Positions 58,010 through 64,000 of a DNA stretch of 64,000 nt are shown one piece after another. Source of the DNA: an uncultured Eubacteriales bacterium (GTDB lineage: Bacteria; Bacillota; Clostridia; Oscillospirales; CAG-272); NCBI GenBank assembly GCA_934525675.1, contig CAKSZH010000001.1, forward strand, positions 138,405 to 202,404. The letters are read 5' to 3'. Both the position numbers and the translations under genes were made by a program. Numbering within the stretch: position 1 is the first letter of the stretch; each line of letters starts with the position of its first letter. Under the pieces are notes generated by a model. That model saw only the letters and a list, made by a program, of their open reading frames with translations, had not been told where the DNA came from and did no database searches.

Positions 58010-58210
58010 ATGCAGAACAACAATCAGAACAACCAGAACCAGAATAACCAGAACCAGCAGAATTGCCGGAATCAACAGAACAACCAGAACCAGAATCAGA
58101 ACAATCAGAATCAGAACAATCAGAATCAGAACAATCAGAATCAGCAGAACCGCAACCGGCAGAATTTCCAGAATAACCAGAATCATCAGAACAACCAGAA
58201 CCAGGACTGA
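58010..58210 (+). CDS. 66-aa Asn/Gln-only peptide (33 N, 25 Q, 8 other residues)
   Basis: AGAAAGGAA RBS 9 nt before the ATG. 24 of 25 Gln codons are CAG, consistent with GC-rich third positions in this frame. TGA stop, with a terminator about 70 nt downstream. Coding status is unproven. Confidence 0.45.
   Translation: MQNNNQNNQNQNNQNQQNCRNQQNNQNQNQNNQNQNNQNQNNQNQQNRNRQNFQNNQNHQNNQNQD
58013..58207. repeat. CAGAAY hexanucleotide microsatellite including 3.6 copies of a 15-bp unit
   Basis: CAGAATCAGAACAAT repeats at 58091-58144. The whole stretch is built from CAG/AAC/AAT triplets and is clearly AT-richer than its flanks. Confidence 0.9.
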
Positions 58211-58282
58211 TTTTTACTCACCGGAGCGCCCGCAGAAGGGAACGCGGAAGGGATTGGTGCCACCGGCACGAAAAATTCCGGG

Positions 58283-58306
58283 AACGCCCCTCTGCGGGCG
58301 TTTTTT
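58283..58306 (+). terminator. intrinsic terminator after the N/Q ORF
   Basis: AACGCCC (58283-58289) pairs with GGGCGTT (58296-58302), followed by a T run. Confidence 0.65.
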
Positions 58307-58319
58307 CACAATTATTTCA

Positions 58320-58348
58320 TTGACATCAGCCCGCGCGTATGATAGGAT
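58320..58348 (+). promoter_or_regulatory. putative promoter of the ABC-DUF1854-ABC operon
   Basis: TTGACA (58320-58325), 17-nt spacer ending in TGa, then TAGGAT (58343-58348). Confidence 0.5.
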
Positions 58349-58420
58349 AATACATATATTCAGCGTATTTTGAGGTACCCCGGTAAGCGGGATCCGTTTT
58401 TGTCCGCCGCGCGCGGAGAC

Positions 58421-60844
58421 ATGGTCCGTAAAAACGGACGGAGGACTGCTTTGGCAACAGAATTTGATGTGATTCCGGAGAGAATCTGGCAGGAACTGAA
58501 ACGTCGGGGGATTGCCCGCGGGTCGGTTCTTTTTGCCATGTATGCCGACCGGAACGAAAAGGAGGAGCGGGCGGAGAACTATCTCTTTCTGACGGACGAT
58601 CGGATCGCCGTTCTGACCCTCCCGTACAGCGGCGGGGACGGACAATCACGCCGCCGGAAAACGAGGAAAACGTCCGCCTCGGCTCGCCCGGATATGGGCG
58701 ACAACGCAAACGGAACGGAGTCGCCTGCTGCCCGGACCGCGCACAATGATTCTTCTACAGCCTCGGAAACAGACGGTTCCGCGCCGTCCCCGGCGACCCT
58801 GACCGAATACCCGAGGGAGGGACTGGCCCGTCTTTCTGTGGAAGAGCGGACGTCCACCTCTCGCCTGGTCGCGCTGGCATCGGACGGTACCTGCATTCTG
58901 CTTGCGACCATGACCAATTTCTGCCGTACCTCCGCGCACCTGTTTGAGCGTTACGGCAACCGCGCACTCGCAGGGGAGAAGGACATTTCCGTGTCGCCGG
59001 ACGACCTGCCGGGTGCCAACTGCTGCCCCAAATGTGGACTGCGCTATCCAGACGCGGGACAGAAAATCTGCCCGCGGTGCATGGCAAAAACACACTCCAT
59101 CAACCGCATGAACTTCTTCCTTAAGAAGTATCGCATCCAGCTTGCCGTCGCGTTTCTGACGCTTTGCCTGTCGGTTGCGTTCAGTGTTCTGGGACCTTAT
59201 TTTTCTTCCGGCTTTTTCTATGACAAGGTGCTGACCCCGGACGGCGGGTTCTTCGGGCAGATCGGCTTGGTCCTCGGTCTCGTGATCGCCACCCGTGCGC
59301 TCATGTACGTGTCCATCATGTTCAATAACTACGTGACCTCCCGTATCACGGTCAAAATGGTCTACGACCTCCGGAAAACCATTTTCGGCGTGATCGAACG
59401 CCTGTCTTTGCGTTTCTTCACCGGACGGCATACGGGCGGGCTGATGAATCAGGTCAACGACGACGCCGACGCGATCTATGAGTATTACTGCAACAGCCTG
59501 CCGTATTTTCTGATGTGCCTGGTCCAGCTCGTGATCGTGGTGGTACTGCTTTTCGTGATCCAGCCCGTCATGGCGGCGTTTGCCTTTGCCATGATCCCGG
59601 TCTATGTGCTGCTGGTCATGTGGCAGCACCGGCGCAGCCGCCGGCTCCGCGCGGCACAGTATAACCGTTCTTCGGAAATGACCGCCCACCTGTCCGACGC
59701 CCTGACCGGTGCACGCGTAGTCAAAGCGTTTGCAAGAGAAGACCAGGAACTGGCGCGTTTCCGCCGCAACAACGAGCGCCTCGGCGAAAGCGAGCGCCGC
59801 CTCGGTATGTTTCACAGTTTCCTTACCCCTCTGACGGCGACCGTCCTGCTTGCCGGCAATATCGTGACGCTCGGTTACGGCGGGTACCTGGTCATCCGGG
59901 GGAGACTGACCTATGGACAGCTTCTGACGTTTATTTCTTACGTGAACATTGCGTTTACTCCGCTCAGCTTTTTCGTCAGTTTCTTTCAGTGGCGGGCATA
60001 TTATGCCAACGCCGCCGCGAGACTGTTCGAGATCATGGATGCGCATCCGGAGATCACCGAGAAGCCTGACGCCATGCATCCGGATATCCGCGGAGCGGTG
60101 GAATTCTCCCACGTGGATTTTTCTTATGATAAAAACCGCCGTGTTGTGGAGGACGTTTCCTTTTCGGTCCCCGCCGGGGAAACGCTCGGCATTGTCGGGC
60201 ACAGCGGCGCGGGGAAGAGTACCATTGCCAACCTGCTCATGCGCCTGTATGAGACCGACCGCGGAGAGATCCGGATCGACGGCATCAATGTCCGCGATCT
60301 TGCGTTTGACCGCCTGTACGGCAGTATCGCCATTGTGTCGCAGGAAACCTACATATTTGTCGGGAGCGTGCTGGACAATATCCGTTATGCGCGTCCCGAA
60401 GCTACCAATGAAGAGGTCATCGCCGCGGCGCGGATCGCCGGCGCACATGATTTCATCATGCGGATGCCGGACGGCTACGAGACCCGTATCGGACTTGGCA
60501 AAAAGGAGTTGTCCGGCGGGGAAAAACAGCGGATTTCCATTGCCCGCGCAATCCTGCGGAACCCGAAGATTCTGATTCTGGACGAGGCGACCGCCGCGAT
60601 GGATACCGAAACCGAGCGCATGATCCAGAGCGCCCTCTCCCGTCTGACCGAGGGTAAAACGACCATCATCATCGCGCACCGCCTGTCCACGCTCCGCGAC
60701 GCGGATCAGTTGATTGTCATTGAATCCGGCAGGGTGGTGGAACGCGGAACGCACGCGACACTGCTCGCAAAAGGGGGCGGCACCTACCATAAGCTCTACA
60801 CGCTTCAGGAAGAAGCGCTCCGCAGTGCGGGGATCGCGGAATAA
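58421..60844 (+). CDS. ABC exporter half-transporter (TMD+NBD) with ~235-aa N-terminal cytoplasmic extension (PH-like fold? plus zinc ribbon)
   Basis: Zn ribbon CCPKCGLRYPDAGQKICPRC just before TM1. Six-TM exporter domain. GHSGAGKST, LSGGEKQR, ILILDEATAAMD and IIAHRLST motifs. Start is uncertain: ATG 58421 is preferred over the TTG at 58370. Confidence 0.85.
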   Translation: MVRKNGRRTALATEFDVIPERIWQELKRRGIARGSVLFAMYADRNEKEERAENYLFLTDDRIAVLTLPYSGGDGQSRRRKTRKTSASARPDMGDNANGTESPAARTAHNDSSTASETDGSAPSPATLTEYPREGLARLSVEERTSTSRLVALASDGTCILLATMTNFCRTSAHLFERYGNRALAGEKDISVSPDDLPGANCCPKCGLRYPDAGQKICPRCMAKTHSINRMNFFLKKYRIQLAVAFLTLCLSVAFSVLGPYFSSGFFYDKVLTPDGGFFGQIGLVLGLVIATRALMYVSIMFNNYVTSRITVKMVYDLRKTIFGVIERLSLRFFTGRHTGGLMNQVNDDADAIYEYYCNSLPYFLMCLVQLVIVVVLLFVIQPVMAAFAFAMIPVYVLLVMWQHRRSRRLRAAQYNRSSEMTAHLSDALTGARVVKAFAREDQELARFRRNNERLGESERRLGMFHSFLTPLTATVLLAGNIVTLGYGGYLVIRGRLTYGQLLTFISYVNIAFTPLSFFVSFFQWRAYYANAAARLFEIMDAHPEITEKPDAMHPDIRGAVEFSHVDFSYDKNRRVVEDVSFSVPAGETLGIVGHSGAGKSTIANLLMRLYETDRGEIRIDGINVRDLAFDRLYGSIAIVSQETYIFVGSVLDNIRYARPEATNEEVIAAARIAGAHDFIMRMPDGYETRIGLGKKELSGGEKQRISIARAILRNPKILILDEATAAMDTETERMIQSALSRLTEGKTTIIIAHRLSTLRDADQLIVIESGRVVERGTHATLLAKGGGTYHKLYTLQEEALRSAGIAE

Positions 60845-60856
60845 GGAGGGATCGAC

Positions 60857-61405
60857 ATGAACGAAATGAAGAACAACCAAAGCGTCGTGCCGGAAAACGG
60901 GATGCAGTCCTTCCGGGAGGTGGCAACGGAAAAGTATCTTTGCCCGGGGGAGGTCACCTTCCGGGAAAAGGACGGTTTTCTGACCATTGAGGCGGACGGG
61001 AAAACGTATCCGCGGGTGCTTCTGCGCCGGGCGTTTCCGTTTGAACTCCCGGACGAATATATCACGGTGACGGATGGGGAAGGACACGAGATCGGCATGA
61101 TCCGTTCTCTCTCCGACCTTGACGCGGAAACGGGGAAACTGCTCCGGGAAGAGCTTGCCCGCGCGTATTACATGCCGGAGGTGACGAAGATCCTTTCCAT
61201 GAAGGAACGCTTCGGCTTTTCCTACTGGCGGGTCGAAACCGGGGACGGAGAGACGGAATTCACTCTTCAGGATACCTATCGCAGTATTCAGCATGTTACC
61301 CCGACCCACCTGATCTTTCTGGATGTCAGCGGAAACCGGTTTGAGATCCCGGATACCGAGAAACTCGACCGGGGAAGTCACCGGAAAATCGAACTGTACC
61401 TGTAA
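60857..61405 (+). CDS. DUF1854 family protein
   Basis: RBS AAGGAGG. FREKDGFLTIEADGKTYPRVLLRRAFPF...ITVTDGEGHEIGMI...YYMPEVTKILSMKERFGFSYWRVETGDGE...DVSGNRFEIPD matches my memory of DUF1854, which occurs beside or fused to ABC transporters. Confidence 0.8.
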   Translation: MNEMKNNQSVVPENGMQSFREVATEKYLCPGEVTFREKDGFLTIEADGKTYPRVLLRRAFPFELPDEYITVTDGEGHEIGMIRSLSDLDAETGKLLREELARAYYMPEVTKILSMKERFGFSYWRVETGDGETEFTLQDTYRSIQHVTPTHLIFLDVSGNRFEIPDTEKLDRGSHRKIELYL

Positions 61406-61492
61406 TTCCGCGGGGAAGACAACCGGAACCCGTGACTGCGTTGGTTCCGGTTCCTTCCGGAAGACTGTTTTTATGATGATCGGAGGTCAGCT

Positions 61493-63787
61493 TTGAAACG
61501 ACCGAATGAACCGTCCGCCGTGCGGACGCTGAATGAAAAATACCGGGAGCGGTACCGGGACCTGTTTCGTGCGGACCCGCCGGAAGAGGTACTGCTCCTT
61601 GTTGCCTTTAACCTGGACCGCAAAATTCCGGGGAAACGGGTGGACGGCTTGTGCGTATTCACCGCCGGCGACTGCCACGTTTATACCGACGGAGTTCTGA
61701 CCGATACATTCCGGATGGAGTGCGGCGGCAGATGCCGCATGGTTGCCGAGATCGGAAGCGTGTTCGCGGAATATCTGTCCCCCGACGGAACGCCGCACCT
61801 GATCCTGCGCGCGGATAACCGCATGAGGCGGGAGATCGGCGCGGGAATGAAATTCGTGGATCGGGCGGTTGAGTTCGGAGAGAAACTTTCTCCCTTTGAC
61901 GCGCCGCGCGTCACGGAAGAGGTCTGCCCCAAGTGCCAAAGTCCGTACCCACCCGGCTCCCATGTCTGTCCCGCCTGTACGGGAAAGGGAAAGACGCTGA
62001 AGCGCCTGCTCGGAATGGCGGGAAAGTCGCGCGGCTATATCGTTGCGGCAATCGCTTTCTTCTTTCTGATCTCGGCGGTCAGCCTGCTTGCGCCGTATCT
62101 CAACCGCCGGCTCATCGACGGGTATGTGCAGGCACCGGCGGGCACGGTACAGGACCGCGTGTTCTGGATCGGGTTTGCAACCGTCATTGTCACGCTTGCC
62201 CTGGTACAGATTTTTCAAAAGTTCTGCACCATGCTCCGCGGGTTCTTCCTGGTGCGCGCGGGCAACGGTGTGATTATGTCCTTGCGCGAAAAAGTGTTCG
62301 GGCAGATCGAGCGGATGTCGGTCTCCCGCATTTCAAAACGCACCTCGGGGGAACTGCTGAACCGCGTCAAGAGCGACACGGCGCAGATCCAGGATTTTCT
62401 GACGGGACAGCTTCCGAATGTGCTGGAGCAGGTGTTTCTGTTCCTTGCCGTGGTCGTCATCCTGCTTGTGACCGACCCGCGACTGACGCTTCTGGTACTT
62501 CTCCCTGCCGTGGTTGTCATGTTTTCTTTCCGCCTGTTCTGGCGGTTCATGTCGGGGCTGTTCCGGAAATCCTGGTCGCTTTACTCCCGGATGTCCACGG
62601 TTCTGCACGATATTTTTTCGGGTATCCGCGTGGTCAAGGCGTTCGGTATGGAGAAAAAGGAGTCAGAGCGGTACGATCGGGCAAGCCGCGATGTCTCCGC
62701 GAACGATTACCGCATCGAGCGATTCTGGGCGTTTTTCAACCCGCTTCTGAACTTCCTGATGGGTGCGGGAGAATTCATTCTGCTTTATTACGTCGGCAAC
62801 CGGATTCTCGCGGGAAGCATGACCATCGGTGAGATGTCCCAGTTTTCCGCTTATGTTGCCCTCATCTACGGCCCGCTCAACCAGTTTGCCAATCTCCCGC
62901 GCCAGATCATGCGGGTGACCACATCGGTCAATAAAGTCTTTGAGATTGTGGACGAACAGCCGGAACTGACCGACGCGGAGCATCCGAAGGACGTGAAACT
63001 GGATGGACACATCGACATTGAGAACGTTTCCTTCGGATACGACGAGGGCGGCGAGGTGCTCCGGAATATTTCCTTACATATCGAACCCGGAGAATTCATC
63101 GGCATTGTGGGACGTTCCGGCGTGGGAAAGTCCACGCTCATCAACCTCATCATGCGGATGTATGACCCGGAATCCGGCAGGATCCTCGCGTCCGGTACGG
63201 ACCTGCGGGAAATCTCCCAGCATTCGCTCCGTTCGCAGATCGGCGTGGTGCTTCAGGAAACTTTTCTGTTCTCCGGCACGGTTTATGAAAACATTGCCTA
63301 CGCAAAGCCCGACGCGACCCCCGATGAGATCATTGCCGCCGCGCGGCTTGCGGGTGCGCACGACTTCATCATGAAGCTGTCGGACGGCTATGACACCAAG
63401 ATCGGCGAGCACGGCTATACGCTCTCCGGTGGCGAGCGCCAGCGGGTGGCGATCACAAGGGCGTTGCTCCGTGACCCCAAGATTCTGATTCTTGACGAGG
63501 CGACCGCGTCTCTGGATACGGAAACCGAAAAGCAGATTCAGGAGGCGCTTCACCGGCTTTCCGAGAGCCGGACCACCATCGCCATTGCACACCGCTTATC
63601 CACGCTTCGCGGCGCAACCCGGCTGATTGTGCTGGACGGCGGCAGGATTGCGGAGACCGGAACGCATGACGAACTGATCGAAAAGCACGGGATTTATTAC
63701 GGGCTGGTCATGGCGCAAAGGGAAATGTCGCGTATGGCAAAACCCGAGGCGGGACTCCCCGGCCCGGCAACCGCCGCTGCGGAGTAA
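61493..63787 (+). CDS. ABC exporter half-transporter (TMD+NBD) with ~175-aa N-terminal extension and zinc ribbon
   Basis: TTG start with GGAGG 6 nt upstream. CPKCQSPYPPGSHVCPAC before TM1. GRSGVGKST, LSGGERQR, ILILDEATASLD and AIAHRLST motifs. Confidence 0.88.
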   Translation: MKRPNEPSAVRTLNEKYRERYRDLFRADPPEEVLLLVAFNLDRKIPGKRVDGLCVFTAGDCHVYTDGVLTDTFRMECGGRCRMVAEIGSVFAEYLSPDGTPHLILRADNRMRREIGAGMKFVDRAVEFGEKLSPFDAPRVTEEVCPKCQSPYPPGSHVCPACTGKGKTLKRLLGMAGKSRGYIVAAIAFFFLISAVSLLAPYLNRRLIDGYVQAPAGTVQDRVFWIGFATVIVTLALVQIFQKFCTMLRGFFLVRAGNGVIMSLREKVFGQIERMSVSRISKRTSGELLNRVKSDTAQIQDFLTGQLPNVLEQVFLFLAVVVILLVTDPRLTLLVLLPAVVVMFSFRLFWRFMSGLFRKSWSLYSRMSTVLHDIFSGIRVVKAFGMEKKESERYDRASRDVSANDYRIERFWAFFNPLLNFLMGAGEFILLYYVGNRILAGSMTIGEMSQFSAYVALIYGPLNQFANLPRQIMRVTTSVNKVFEIVDEQPELTDAEHPKDVKLDGHIDIENVSFGYDEGGEVLRNISLHIEPGEFIGIVGRSGVGKSTLINLIMRMYDPESGRILASGTDLREISQHSLRSQIGVVLQETFLFSGTVYENIAYAKPDATPDEIIAAARLAGAHDFIMKLSDGYDTKIGEHGYTLSGGERQRVAITRALLRDPKILILDEATASLDTETEKQIQEALHRLSESRTTIAIAHRLSTLRGATRLIVLDGGRIAETGTHDELIEKHGIYYGLVMAQREMSRMAKPEAGLPGPATAAAE

Positions 63788-63944
63788 CCGGGCAGAGCCG
63801 TTTTGCCCGTCCGGTTCCTGCGTTGATGCGCGGAAATCGTGCGGCAACTGCTTTATACGTTGGTATCTTCTTGCGGTATCTGCCCTGTACGCGGGCGAAC
63901 ACGAAAACGCGTCGCGGGTCCGGATGCCCGGAATGCAGAAAGAA

Positions 63945-63993
63945 GCCCCACCTCCTGTCGCGCAAGCGCGACGGGAGGTGGGGCACTTTTGTT
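63945..63993. terminator. strong hairpin terminator about 160 nt after the ABC operon
   Basis: 19-bp stem: GCCCCACCTCCTGTCGCGC pairs with GCGCGACGGGAGGTGGGGC (one G-U), followed by ACTTTTGTT. T-rich on the minus strand too. Confidence 0.8.
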
Positions 63994-64000
63994 ATAATTT

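Noticed and set aside
57974-58186. 70-aa Ile/Leu/Val-only ORF on the minus strand of the CAGAAY repeat, and the 135-aa Arg/Thr/Ile frame at 57966-58373 on the plus strand.
   Set aside because: Neither has an SD. The R/T/I frame uses AGA/ACA/ATC-type codons that are atypical here and runs through the terminator and the next promoter. The minus ORF is the codon-register mirror of the N/Q frame, with lower GC3 and no terminator. I cannot fully exclude that none of the three frames is translated.
58010-58420. The idea that the N/Q ORF is an Asn/Gln-sensing leader peptide attenuating the ABC operon.
   Set aside because: The terminator lies about 70 nt after the stop, with no obvious alternative antiterminator pairing. 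A separate TTGACA-containing promoter (58320-58348) sits between the terminator and the ABC gene. Independent transcription is therefore more likely.
63708-63986. 92-aa minus-strand ORF after the second ABC gene, and the open plus-strand frame running off the window end.
   Set aside because: Both run through the 19-bp terminator hairpin, have no RBS, and have junk composition.
1-64000. Search for tRNA/rRNA genes, CRISPR arrays, transposases or IS ends, integrases, prophage or toxin-antitoxin or known defence genes.
   Set aside because: I found none by eye. Intergenic spaces are short and are accounted for by promoters, terminators and leaders. The only repeats are in-frame coding tandem repeats and the CAGAAY microsatellite.

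Overview
GC-rich, gene-dense chromosomal segment. Gene content (AddAB, PcrA, WhiA, YloV-type DAK2 protein, MurB, DnaE, SecA, rplM-rpsI, a BofC-like protein) suggests a Clostridia-type Firmicute; this is inference only. I call 45 CDS by eye from motifs in the ORF track, with starts refined using Shine-Dalgarno context, plus about 10 intrinsic terminators and about 12 sigma-A-like promoters. I found no tRNA, rRNA, CRISPR array, transposase or phage genes. Most of the window is housekeeping: DNA repair and replication, translation, envelope synthesis. Many very long ORFs in the track are antisense shadows of real genes, as expected at high GC, and were rejected. Main observations: (1) At 58010-58210 a low-GC CAGAAY microsatellite encodes a 66-aa peptide that is 58/66 Asn/Gln, with its own RBS and terminator. 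It lies directly upstream of an ABC / DUF1854 / ABC cassette (58421-63787) in which both half-transporters carry an N-terminal cytoplasmic extension with a zinc ribbon. This is my best candidate for an undescribed system. (2) A candidate yybP-ykoY-like Mn2+ riboswitch, with promoter and terminator, precedes a P-type ATPase. (3) An HtrA-like protein has Phe in place of the catalytic Ser and sits next to a two-component system. (4) RF1 has a rewritten stop-codon-reading loop, prmC is absent locally, and none of the 45 CDS ends in TAG. (5) A PlcR/Rgg-like regulator is translationally coupled to a small lipoprotein and lies beside a low-GC two-domain surface lipoprotein. (6) Two paralogous membrane proteins are coupled to secA. 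No searches were run; every family assignment rests on remembered motifs.
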